The position numbers and the translations under genes are program-made. The notes beneath the pieces are model-generated. The model worked only from the letters and a program-made list of their open reading frames with translations, had not been told where the DNA came from and searched no databases. DNA of 64,000 nt. Origin: Lingula anatina (taxonomy: Eukaryota > Animalia > Brachiopoda). The DNA is taken from contig CM120640.1 of assembly GCA_051362555.1 (NCBI GenBank), positions 18,228,001 through 18,292,000 of the forward strand. Reading direction: 5' to 3'. Positions within the stretch are counted from its first letter, which is position 1. Each line of letters begins with the position of its first letter. Shown one piece after another: positions 12,653 to 25,620 of this stretch.

Positions 12653-15600
12653 AAATGCAAGTTTTCATTTTGACCACAGTGCTTCAAAATGGCCAAATAT
12701 GCACACATTAGAATGGTCACTATATTCAGTGACAGAACACCATCTCAGTTCTGCAGGCCAGTACTGATACACATAAATGATTTCAAATGATGGCTGGCTT
12801 TAGATTTTCAGACATCAGATCTCATCTGAAAACAAACTAGGACAAAAGTCTTGCAGAATTCAGTTGTCCACAATCAATGCCAGAGGACACAGGAATCAAA
12901 AAATCAAGTTAAGGAAACTGTAATCCATGGTGACATCATGTCACGGCTAGCTGATCTGGACAGGGGTTATGCCACGAGCACAGTGTTATGGTTTTGGCAG
13001 GTATACAGTAAGTGGCAATTTCCAGACAGAACTCGTGGTGATTGTGCCATTTATGCATCAACACCCAACCCTACGCTTGCTCCTGCAGGACAACACCTGT
13101 CCCCATACTGCCAGGATAGCACAAGCATACCTGCAGAAAAGCAGATGGAGACTTCTTTTTGAGATGAGACATGTCTCAGATTGAGCATGCTAGTGATGAA
13201 CTAGGCAGATGACATCATAACTGCCAGCCATAGCCTACCACTGTCATGAGTTAAGGTACTGGTGGAAGAATGGAGAAGGGAGACTCATAAAACCATAAAG
13301 CCATATGCATAAAATAAATTTGTTTTTCCTTTTTTGGCTAGTATACATATCCAACAAAAAAAAACTGTGGGAGGAGTATTTTTTGCTATGTTTAACTATT
13401 ACTTTTAGTTTTGTTCTGTTCATCAGGAGTCACCTGGTCAAACTTTAAATTTAAGCATAAGCTTGCTCCGCGGCACATGATTATTTCCAAACAAATTCTC
13501 CTCAAACATAGAGTTGGCACCTGAAGTGTTACCCAAGTTCACACCTCACCCACTGCCCCAGGTCCCATCCGCCCAAGTAAATAAATCACCGACCTGTGTC
13601 TTCACATATTTCTTTAGTAAGTGCCCCATCATCTTTATACCAAATGTCCTTTAATTCTTGAACAGTAGCTCTGGAAGATGAAGGAAAACATATAAAGCAC
13701 AAATAAAGCCATGTTCTCATGGGTATAGTTACTTAGAGCCCATCTTCATAGCAGATAGCTGATATCAACCCCTAATCCTTAGCTTGTATGTGTTAAGATG
13801 TGGGCTACAGGTAACAAGTATCAAAATTCATAAAGATGGTTTTAAGCAACCTGCAGATTTTGTGTAATTTCTGTCTAATTTTGGGGAAAAAAGACAACAA
13901 TTGTTAGTATCTCTTAGTTTAATTATAAAAAATATGTAAACAATTTGAAACTTGCTCACTTGTAAAGTACTTTTGAACCCTGTATACCTACCTGAATTCT
14001 ACACAGCCACTACCAGCAGGGGGTGCTGTCCACAAGACAGTGACCCCCATCTTGTGGTAGCGATAGTTGTCATCGATAATTCCAGGGTAGCGGTCAGTGA
14101 TGATGTTTGGACAGCGTTCGTGACTTTTTGTGAGATGATCACTCACGTGCTGAAATAAAGGAAGCCATTATATTTCAAACTTAAAATTGATGCACAGAAT
14201 TCTGTTTCAATAAACTTCACTAACTCACTTTTCAACTAGAAGCAGTTAATGTACAATGTTATCTGCTGCTGTATGTGTTGGCATTTTTTGCAATTTCTTA
14301 TTCCAAAACATAGGTTAAAATATACTGTAAAACAGATTTTTGGGTGGAATCACAAATTAACCATTCAGAAGAAATATTTTCATATTCATTAGTTGCAAAA
14401 ATCATATTTTTCTCTATGCTTGCCTGAAACAAGCCACACCTGTATAAATACAGGTGCAAGCTCATATGTTTATCATAAGGAACTAGATTTATCAATGAAC
14501 AGGTTATGCATTATAAAATCAAACACATTTTTAGTATAAATATTAAGCAAATAATGGCTGCACTTTAGTACAAATATTATAAGGTATTAAGCTTGTAGAC
14601 AGTCTTTGGAAATCTGCCATGCAATCCTATTATAAAAAGTTTTGACAAAGATTTATTTCTATTGATTAGATGAAATAATATGATCAGATTCACAGTACTT
14701 ACAGGTAGCATTATACAGGTGGTTTTGAAAGGAAAACAGGTAACAATCTATAATCTATAGTCTACAGAGCATTATAAAATGCAAAGAGCTTACACCTAAT
14801 ACATGGGCTTATTATCTTTGACACCTAGCATGGGACATAATTAATCATAAATCCAATAATTTTTCCAGAATTTCTTTGAAGTATAATTGGTCCAAAGGCT
14901 AAGGTTTCTTTGTCATTACTTTACATGGCAACTCAAATCAATATATCACCTTTCTCTTTTTTACAATCCAACATACAAATCAACAAAGAAATTTGATTAT
15001 TCATATATCAAAAGACTGTTAATCTTTTCATTTTCAAGGCAATAATAACTTGCCTATCAAATCTTACTGACATGTTGCGAAACTTTATACTGCATACGTA
15101 ATAACACAAAATGTACAAAGGACGTAGCAATAACACAATACCGAAACAAGAATCATAATGTGCAAAATGGTAGATCATAATTATGTCAAAGAAAACAGAA
15201 TATACTTTAACACAAAATCCCTAGCATTCCCTCTTCTCCATTTTTTGTCAGTAAATATAACCTGTCAGCCATCAGAACAGTTGTCCTTCAGTTTAGAGGA
15301 ATATTTAAGGAGTCTTTACAAAAAAGTTTATGTCCAAGAACAATTTTTAAAAAAGCAATAAAACAGGGGAACTTAGTAAAAGTAGTATATTATGTCTTAT
15401 AATGTTTGTTTCAACTGTATAGCTTAAAATGAGGCCTTAAAGCAAAAAAATCAGGAGATGTGTAAAGAGTTTTTTCTTTTGACAGATCATTTCCATTTGT
15501 TAAAAAACTTTTGTATGTAAAAAACAAAAAATTAAATATGTTATCCCCACTCCCAAACCATTCACTGAAAATCAAAATCATTTTTCATAAATTGTGCACA

Positions 15601-17163
15601 TATCCAGTGTCTGAAATCCATCTGTTGCTCCATGACACTGCTGTCCATGCAGAGTGAAGTCCACCACCTCACCTGACATTTGTACAAAGAGGCTTCATCT
15701 TAACTCTGCCCAGCAGGCTATAGATAATAATACCTTTCCACTGCTGTGCTATATAGGCTCAATTACCACTACATGTTTACTCACTCTGTGTGGGTGCTAA
15801 TAGGCCCACATTAATAACAGACAACAGATCACTCAACGGAAAAATTAGGGAGGGGAAGGGCTGTCACCATATATATAACAAGGATTCCTCCTATTGAGAA
15901 AGCCATTTATCTGCCAAATATCAATATACAACTACTATTGTGTTTACTGGTAGCTGAACTGACACTACTGTATACATATTGAGCTGAATGCTAAATCATA
16001 CGGATAATGTGTAACATCAAATCTTTTTGTCATCATTACTGGACCATCAGACTTTGAGGACAATTAAAAACGAAAAACACAAATGCTTCTGACAGGAAAT
16101 ATCTCTAGGCTGATGCATTTAAAAAATGCACCAAAGCTGAAACCACAAAAAATGATTCATGTTTCAAATTTTTCTGACCAAAAAGGATTGACACTTGGGC
16201 ACAAGTTCCTAAAATACCAACAAAACTAGCACTAACCTGGAACCTTCCTATCGTGACATTTTCATCCCTAGCATTCTTGGGAACAGCAACAAGCATAAAC
16301 CCCAGAAGTCTTTGTCTGGGATATGTGCCATTTAATGTTACTGAAAGACAAAAGTGAAATGTAAACTATGCATTTTGCATTTACATTCAATTTCATTAAT
16401 TTTAATTTCATTAAATATCCCTACAGCTTACGAAAAGTTGGTTATTTCATTTAATTCTTTAATTAAGTTTTTAATATATGGACAAGGAGTAAAAATTGAT
16501 TGAAAGGACAAACTAATATCTTATAAATGGAATCTTAAAAAAGATTTGGGCTGTTGGAGAAGTTTTAAATAACATGCCAAACCGACAGCGCTGAAAGACG
16601 TCTTAAACTGACATATCTTGTTACATATTACACAATGATCCATTTTCTGACATATTTTATCAGTATGCCATATGTAAAATCATTCCATAAAATTATTACC
16701 AAAAATACAAATAACCTCTTTGGACTACAGTACCAATGAAAATATTTTTTAATTGTCAAGGAATAAAAAAAAATTCATTTAATGAAGACTCTTATAAGAA
16801 TCGGGCCCATTTTCACATGAGCGCAATAAACATATTCTACACCCCTGCTTTCTGTGGTTTCATTACTCAAGTCTGGTAAGGAGCTTCGATGAAAAAATAA
16901 GTCCTAAAAATCTTATTTACATTAAAACCATAACATTCTTCAGTTTAATTACACTTACTGGTGTACTTCTTGTTAGGCGTGTACGTCGCATGGGGTGTAG
17001 TTCCAATAACTCGTATTTTAAAGCCGTTGTCTCCCGGAGTTCTGCTGGCCCTTGTTTCTGAGGGAATTCGCCGACAATAGCCGTCCGGTTCACTCGTCAC
17101 GAGGCCACATATTGCCAACAAAGTTAATAGTAATAATCTACAAATTCTGTGACACAATATCAT
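1697..17163 (-). CDS. SPON1: F-spondin / spondin-1-like secreted ECM protein (signal peptide, Reeler, Spondin_N, 4 TSR, 2 Kunitz), about 911 aa if all exons are included
   Basis: Phase-consistent GT-AG exons: 16959-17163, 16237-16340, 13992-14149, 13594-13670, 10873-11001, 10272-10429, 9624-9774, 8450-8556, 7914-8088, 7029-7160, 5793-6170, 5285-5464, 4943-5029, 4006-4185, 2700-3008, 1697-1902 (2736 nt). Motifs: hydrophobic signal peptide; Reeler WTAPPAGSGCVEFRATV; Spondin_N CCACGTAKY, HWSNLIGATH, GPSPDWCVG, LYPWDAGTDSGITY; TSR WSxCSVTCGxG; Kunitz GGCxGNxNxF. Confidence 0.93.
7670..7831. mobile_element. MITE family A (about 165 bp, TIR CAGGGGCGGA, 5-bp TSD TTATT)
   Basis: Termini CAGGGGCGGAT...ATCTGCCCCTG with TTATT on both sides; related copies at 24872, 39273 and 50316. 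Confidence 0.8.
9053..9077. repeat. (CT)n microsatellite
   Basis: Seen directly in a spondin intron. Confidence 0.9.
12602..12650. repeat. poly(A) homopolymer, about 49 nt
   Basis: Uninterrupted A run in a spondin intron. Confidence 0.95.
12880..13345 (+). mobile_element. Degenerate Tc1/mariner transposase remnant
   Basis: ORF 12969-13184 contains VVIVPFMHQHPTLRLLLQDNTCPHTARIAQAYLQ, resembling the Tc1 DDE segment QDNARPH. Surrounding frames are broken; boundaries approximate. Confidence 0.65.
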
Positions 17164-18539
17164 ATCGGTAAAATACTCATAAGTCCAACAGCTAGAAGAT
17201 GTGTTGATTTTAACAGAACTTTCAAGTTTTGCGTGCCTCTCTCACCGCACACACAACTGTTTGACCCAGTTTCCGCCAATGGCTATTACTTACGTCAATA
17301 TCACTCCCTCTTGAATTGCTGTTAATGCGCAAAACATGCCCATAACAACATGGACATTGTTCCCTGTTAAGTGGTCTGAAGAACAGGAAAATTGACGTAA
17401 CTATAAGTTTATCAGCATAAAACACCATTTGATGTTAGCGGTAACAAGTAATCGTTTTGGCTAGTAAATATCACGTGGGTGTAGCGCAGTAATCGGCGAC
17501 CGCACCAGATGCCCGCAAAACATTCCAACAGCTTCATATTCTGGTAGTGTATATGGGTTATCTCAGTTAATTTTATTTGCGAGGGGCTTCATCCTCATAA
17601 ACATGACTCGTATTCACTGCATTTCTTGGCAGTAATCACATCATGCTGACTACTGACAGTTTTCCCTCGGTTGTTGGTTCCTAACAAGCATGAACACTCC
17701 ACGCTAGCCTGAACAGGCAACGAGCCGTCGTCTGCTTGAATGAGGAGTGCACTGAACTAAACGACTGTAGGCCTACGCTTTACTTTTCAATTGTGGCTTC
17801 TTTTGTCGCATTTCATCCCGTTGATTGTAAAATAGCTTCTGTCAGCTAAACGTACTTGACTTTGAATAGAGAAAGAAAAACGTGCTATTTTCTTTAAATT
17901 GTTGGCGAAAAAAATTAGAGAAAAGCCTGACGCGAAGCCCGACACCGGTTGACGCCCTCGTTTTAAAAGAGTGTAGGAATACAGGGTAGATGGGGGACCT
18001 TTTCTCAAAATCCAAGGCCAAAGACTACCGCGGATAGGAGGCCTAATATTAAACATCATTTAGGGGGAAAGACAACACGAAAAGGTACACGTCCTCGATG
18101 AAAATAGGTCTTACGCGTTTTTCTGATTACAAATGTGTCTGATTATTGAGTAAAACTTTAACTTTTTAAGTCATATTCTCTGCTGGTCCCCATTAATTTT
18201 TTTCGTGACACTAACAGAAAAACATATATTTTTGTTTAGATAAACATATTCATAAAATCGTTTTTATCCTCTTCTTGTGAAAACATAACACAAGTGATTT
18301 TTTCAACAAGGACGTGGACGCGACCTTTCCATGACTTTCCATCCTGTCGATTCTCCAGTTTTCAGATATAAACGCTGCAATTTCTTGAGATCTCTTCGGT
18401 GCACGTGAACTTCACATTTAAGAAACAAGTGGAAAGTGAAGCTGAAATAGACAAAAACGAAGCCCCCTCAATCTGGCTAAACCCTCTATCTTCAACTCCT
18501 GCTGTTTATCCTGAGATGGAAGGCGGGAAACAAGTGTGC

Positions 18540-18670
18540 GTACGTGTTATATAGGCCCTATATATTAAACAATGGGAGAGGGGATTCCTTTTAGTCAACC
18601 CCTATTCCAATTTTAGTGCTTTTTTGCTTGACGTGGATGAGAAAGTTAATTACTACGCCTCGCCAATGGT
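18540..18670 (-). promoter_or_regulatory. Possible spondin core promoter
   Basis: TATA-like TATATAA on - strand near 18548-18565, GGGGATTCC near 18580, TGACGT at 18629. An acceptor at 17376 upstream of the ATG exon implies a non-coding first exon further upstream. TSS is inferred only. Confidence 0.3.
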
Positions 18671-21600
18671 ATTGCAAGTTTATATTTTACCAGTAACGTA
18701 ACCAGAAGGGATGAATCAAGGCATTATTTACACATTCAGTTTGCGTAATGCCATCTATTTTATCTCTTACTACTAACAGGATTTTCAATTTGAAATGGAT
18801 TCAGGAACTTTTCATAAGCTAAAGGTCAGAAGTAAGCCAATTTTATTGCGAGTGACAAGCGTCTGGTCGGGCTACATGCAGGGGCAGTTTCAAGTTTTTG
18901 AGATATATTCGTAATATAGATATAGGCGATAGATTTTACTACGTAAAAATAAGAAGTTAACAAGCTGAAAACATCAGTTTTCTCAACAGTTTGGGATATA
19001 GCATTCCTTGGTGATAAAGAAAAAATTGAAAAAATGTACGAAAAAAGACGGAAGACATTTTTGCTGTTCTCATGTGGATTTTGCAATTGAAAGGAAAAAA
19101 GCATACGTTTATCTTCGTTTTCTCGACACCCCCGTGACTTTACAAGAGAAGCATGGCCACAAACTCCCTGGGGAAATCAGCAACCAATTTTGACAATCAT
19201 ACAAGGCAATTAGGAAAGAAAATGGGGAATTCAAATAGAATTTTCTTTTAGTTTACACTTGCTGCAAAGGAAGTTCCCGCGAAATATGCGAACACGCTGC
19301 TTCCATTTCAGTCAAATGTTATCAGTCAGTTTGGAAATTTACACAAAGAATAATAATGAAAGTGATTTTTGTTGTAGATTTGCTTCTGAAAATTTCATTT
19401 AGAACCTTCTCTGGCCTTGGCGACGAAACTATTTAATCATCTGTCTGCAAGCCCAGCTGGGGTGTGCAAAATGTACTGCTGCCAAAACGCTCATTTCTTG
19501 TTGGTTATTTTACTTTTCTAAGCCTGACCGATCTTTTCATATAAACAGACGTTTGAAATTCCAAAATTTATGGCCACCAACTCTAAAACTAGTCCGCCAA
19601 AGTTTCAAGGCCCAGTCAAAATCAGGTTGAAAATGAAGACTCACTTCAATAAGTCGTCTCCAGGTATTAATTTTGTGCACTTTGCTGGAAAAGTTTTAAA
19701 GGTTGGTTCTCACGACAGCTCGTGACACTTCAGGACAGAAATACGACCACTTATATCGACCAACTACTTGGATTTCTACTCATTTACTTTCAAGACAAAA
19801 CAGATCTCAAGTCCTTCAGACTTTGGAGGCACCGTCCTCCCACAAGAAACTTATCGCAATTGTGTTTCACTTCTTTTTTTTTTTTGGTAAATCCAATATT
19901 GTTGCCATTTATGCTGGCAATTATTCAGTAATAATGCAAAACAAAAGAGCATAGTAGTAAACATAATTTATTTGTTTAAATAAATAAAGCGTACAATATT
20001 TCCAAAAATGGTATTTTCACAGATTACTCAACCAAAAATAAAAAAATTACATTTTGACCATTTCAAGTTCATTCACAAAAATATTTCAGTAAAATTCTTT
20101 GCCATTGTCTATTTTTGTATGTAAAAGCTATTTTTTGCAAATAATGTCTAGTATTTTGGTAAAATTTTGCTTCATATTTGTCTCTCAAAACAAGAAGCCC
20201 AAATTTCATAAAAATTCAGAAGCCCTGAAGCAGCTTCAATCAAGTTTTCATAAACTACAACAGGAAATATGAGAAATACCAGTACATGATAAATATATCT
20301 GTCTACTGTTAACTACGTCGTTCTGATAAGCACTCATGAGATGTTTCTTAAATTTTAACAGGTCTGTAGTTTTCCTCAGGTGTGACTCAAAACGATGCCA
20401 AGCAACGTCTGCTTACAGGCACAATGTTCCATAGTGCACTGGAGGTCTCAGTATATCAAATCATCAGTGAACAATTCTTGTAGAAATACAGGAAGTGAAG
20501 CATTAAACTCCGGTGCAGTAGAGCACAAGATCCGCAAGCAGCTGCAGAGTGCATCAATTTGTTACTGTATCAAACTTTCCAGCTCAATAAACTGTTCTGG
20601 AGTACACCACCATTATTAAGTAGACCAACATCTTGTTTGCTGGCTGGAATCTCAACTCAAGTTAGCACAACAACAACAACAAAGACACAATACTGCCATT
20701 ATCAACAAAAAATCTAGATTATACATAGTTATGCAAAACAAAACAATGTCACTTGTGCTTATTAATACCATTTTTAGTTATATATCTCCAAGCAGATATA
20801 CATGAACAAATTCAGATGGAAGATTCAATCTGTAAGCAGTTTTTGATAGTCACAAGTAACTGGGACTATCATGAATTCCCTACTACTTTCAAAATCGCAG
20901 TGAATTTTGCAGTTTACAGAAATGTGTAACATATGTGTCGCAAATGAAGTATCTGGTTGTTCAGATTTGCTGAGAAATAATCCATAAGGAATGAGGTTTC
21001 ATATTCGATTTAATTACAAGCTTATTTACACTGCTCTTGTATACAGAATAATTGATTTCCTGGTTGATTTGGTGGAGGCTCAAATCGCACAAGCACTTTC
21101 AGCTCATTGATTTTTCCATCACCAATCTGTCTCAGCATACACATATATGTATATACACCAGAGAGGGTTTGAACAGAACTTCCATCTGGTTTTGTTCACC
21201 ATACTTACTGCGCAGTAATCATTCCAATCTCTCCAGGTTGTATGGGCATTCTTCACTGCTGGTGTTATCATGCTGTTGCCAAGGATACCATAAACATTAC
21301 CGAAGGGCAGTGTGATAGGTTTTCAGTTCTGTCATACTGAATATTTTCTTTCAATATTAGTTCATTTTCACACTTTGCCAGGGAGCACAAGACCAACAAC
21401 TGTGTGGTTTGGCCTGCAAGTTTGTGATAAAAAGTTACTTTTTTATTATTATTAGATCTTCCCAGCCTTCAATTGTTTTAAATTTTCAGGTCAAAATTCA
21501 GATTTGCAGGATAATAAGTCCATGCTGCCAAACGTTTAAAAAAAAAAAAAAAAACAGATTTTCTTTCACAAGCAATTTGCAACTCTTAATATTCACTTAA

Positions 21601-21739
21601 AAGTTGAAATATCTCTGAACTGTTTACACCATTTCAGAAGAATTTAAAAATAAATAAAATTTAATGGGCTATATTTAATGTAAAAGGACAATAATCTAAT
21701 CATTGACAGGGCTCTAATATTACAACTGGTTCTTGGGCT

Positions 21740-24700
21740 TCAAGAAAGTTTGAGTATAGTGGCAACAAAGGGAGCAATGTTCACTTCTAAACGGTTGCAC
21801 TCCTCTATCAACTTGGTTACAACCTCTGCTGCTTGTTGACTGATGGCAAACAGGATGAACTGTAATGATATAAAATATTGCAGAAATAGAAATGTTTTTA
21901 AATCAAGATGGCAATTTGTAAAAAAAATGTTACACAAATGATAATTTTAACGTACTTCTGACATGTAATCAATTGAAACTTTACATTAAATATCCAGTGC
22001 TACAACATGTTTAAGTTTTATATAAAAATAAGAATGTGTCTTATTCTTAAGTTTTTCCTTTTCCTTTAAGGCTAATACAAATCTAGGAAAAATCCAATTT
22101 AACTAGGGAAATGAGAAAATATTACATCTTTCCATAAAGACACGGTGTACTGGAGACTTCCAACTGCCTTCTGGTATGCTTTGTGAACCTAAAATGTAAA
22201 ACATTAATCCTGTCACCTGAATAACAAGAAACAATCAGTAAACAATGTGTCTCCCCCCCCCCCCATCCTTTTTCAAAAATACTACATTTTGCATCTGAAA
22301 AATGAAAGTGAAATGTTCCATATTCATCTAAAATAATCAATACATGTTGCTATTTCTGTTGAAAGCAAATACAGTGTCTGTGGTTAATCAGGCAGTTTCA
22401 AACAGAAAAGGGAAACTTCCAGCATGCAATCAGTCCATCAAAGCCCTCTCCTGTCACAGCTTCGTGCTTTATTAGTTTTCTGACTGCCTTTCAACGAGTG
22501 CCCTAGAGACAACTTAGAGGCAGCTGGGTCCAAGATATACTGCCAATTGACACACTGCTAATTATTAATATACCTTGCCATTCTATCATTATTATTACAA
22601 GAGACATTTATGACAAGATGATTACACCTTACTAGGATAAAATGAAACGGGCACTGTTATATCTGTGCAGCTTTAATTGCAAGAGTGCTCTATAAAGAGT
22701 TTGTGTTATCAAATCTGGGCATTGTTACCACATTTACCTCTTTCACTTTTCCCTGCTTCAGCAGCAGATTAATAGCACTGAAAAGGAAGGTATTTAGGTG
22801 TTAGATGAAATTGGATGGTATGATTCATTACTTCACTACACTCATTTCCTGCCAACTTTGGTCAGTGATTTGCTTTGTTAGAATGAAATACTACAGGCTG
22901 TCTGGTTCAACCTTAACCACATTATTCTTACTTGAAAGATGGCCTTCATGTGGATTATGTTAAAACATATCTAAGAATAGAAAAGACAGACATTTTAACT
23001 GCAGAGCATATCAGGCCAAGTAAATCAAATTTCCATATCCGATTACGTATTTTGTGTAAAGTGGTAAACATCTTCTTGGCAATGTATCACTGATGAATTA
23101 TTCAAACTCAACTTGCTGTCTCAACAGATCATTTTCAGTGCTTCAGTCCTCTCAAAGAGGAAAAAGGATTGAAGAACAATTAACTAATGCACCAGAGATA
23201 TAAAATTCCATTTGAATGGTGTCTACAGGGATGAGTAAAGTGTTCCACTGTATCAGGAAGTGCCAAAAATGTACAGTTGTGTTTACAGTCACTTCATTAC
23301 AGATAATGGGCTCTGGGGCTGGTTTCGCAAAAGAAATTTAGACTAAAACTTGGACTGAACAATTATAAGTCTACTCTGACTCAAGATAAATCAATACTAG
23401 TTCACAAAAAGTGTTGCTTCATTTTTTTAATAAACTACAATATAATTTACCAGAAGACCAAAATTTAGTTTAAAAAATATGACCAATGTTTTTTGCCTAA
23501 AAATCTTCTGTAAAACCAGCTCCTTGGGGAACAATTTATCATAAATGAATGATAAATATTGTGGTACATTATTACTTAGGAAAAATTCAACTTACCATAT
23601 CAATCTAAACAGTTCCACTTAGACCTCATGTTGCATAGCAGACCAAAACCCACCCACCCTTCATCTTTACCTTAATTTTGTCTTCCACAAAATCAGTTTG
23701 CTTTTCAGTTGAAGCAGCTCCACTTAACTTTAACGATCCATTCAATTGGGAGCTCAATGACTTAAACAGATTTTGCATTGATTTTCTGGAATCATTCTGG
23801 ATGTCCATGTTGGACATCTTTGTTTTAAAGCTTTTATTTATTAAGTAATATTTGTGCAACATTTTCTATATTAGTTGATACCCCATACATTTTCCAAAGT
23901 CTTGTACAGGCAGGCAGATCATACAATGCTGGATAGCACAAGCTCAAAATGGCAGGGTCATCTCCATCTTCATGAAAGTATTGCACTGACCTGAAGTACA
24001 AAACCAAATACCAAATATACAGTAAAACAATAGCCATTGTTACTGAAATTATTAACGTGCATGTCTATGCATCTGCTGGCTAACAGTTCTATGTAGTCAA
24101 AGACAATGAGTGTGGTTTAGTGGTGGTTATTTGTTGGAGAAAGTCTTCAAAAATCATTGACAAACAGTGGTGATACTGTGTGTGAGAGAGAGAGAGAGAG
24201 AATGTGTTCATCAATTATTCACAACCAGGTCTTGGTTGTCATCCAAGCTTATCAAATTAGCTCACTCCTGACACTGAACTGGACAGAAAATAAGGTAATA
24301 TATGTAAATTAACACTGTTGTCAAACAAACTGACAGTAATTACAGGAGAGAAGTGACACTCCAATGATGCTATCCAAATCCTATTCCCGAAAATCAATAG
24401 AATTGATATTTATGAGAGGTAGCGAGTTTGCAGTCCTTTCTGCAATGTGCATCAATATCGCCCTAATAACACACTTATATTCTCACTAGCTATATCCTCG
24501 TCTAATGGATTTCCTGAATACCATCTCCAGGCACCAGTGGAACAATTTCTTAGTCAAATTCTATGGATAACAATTCTCAGTTACAGATTACAGTTATTTT
24601 TTTTCATTTGTTCATTTTTATAAAATCTCATTCAGATTTGGGATTAACGTTGTGACTTGGCAAAAGTTAAAATAAGTAACTTCAGCATCTGAGAGTTAGC

Positions 24701-25549
24701 TCAAAAAGGAACAAGGCAGCAAAGCTGTCAAATGTACAGACAAAAAACAGAAAATAAAGATGCAAAAAAGGTCATTTTGTCTATTTTGATGCAATAATAA
24801 ATAATGCTTATAATAGCACTGTCAGTCAACACTGAATTTTAATCTTGCACAACAGGTAACATGGTCAATAACAGGAGCAGACCCAGAGATATTTTCTGAC
24901 AGTATTACAAAGTATCTATGTTGATCCATCCTCCATTTTGATGGTCTTCCAACAGAAAAAATAGATACCAGTCAATATAAACTTAATAACCTGACTGTCT
25001 TCCGGAAGACCCAGAAGATGGTTTCAATCCACCCCTTCAATAAGATTACAGTTTCAGGACCATGAGAGTTCAAATTCACGTTATGAAAGTCTCAATATTT
25101 GAAAAATGATGACAGTGCATAAAATAATATTACATAATGTTTAAAGACATAAAAAACAATACAATTGCTTTTGTAGAAATACAGAAAATATGCAGAGCCC
25201 CAGGCAGAAGAGAGTTAAAAGTCACAAATGCAAGTGTTTGAGAAAAAATTATAAAGGAAAACAACAAAACTAGAAAAGCACTTTGAGAGTGCAGACCTCT
25301 GCCAAGGCAGCAATTGTTGATTATTATTGATAATTGATTGATTATTGATCCGGACCACCACCAAAAATTAATCATTGTCCTCTTTGGCCCACTTCCGACA
25401 GTTCCTGAAAATTTCTGCAAAATCGGTCCATAACTTTTTGTGTTATGTGGATGACAGACAAACAGGGGTGAAAATATAACCCCCTTGGCAGAGCTTGAGG
25501 TAAATATAATTCCAATGAAGATGCTATTCAAACTTTTAATCTTCCAGTT

Positions 25550-25620
<71 letters not shown>

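Noticed and set aside
20340-21420. Coding-looking sequence downstream of the ZFC3H1 stop
   Set aside because: I found no phase-consistent exon chain or recognisable protein; most likely 3' UTR or intergenic.
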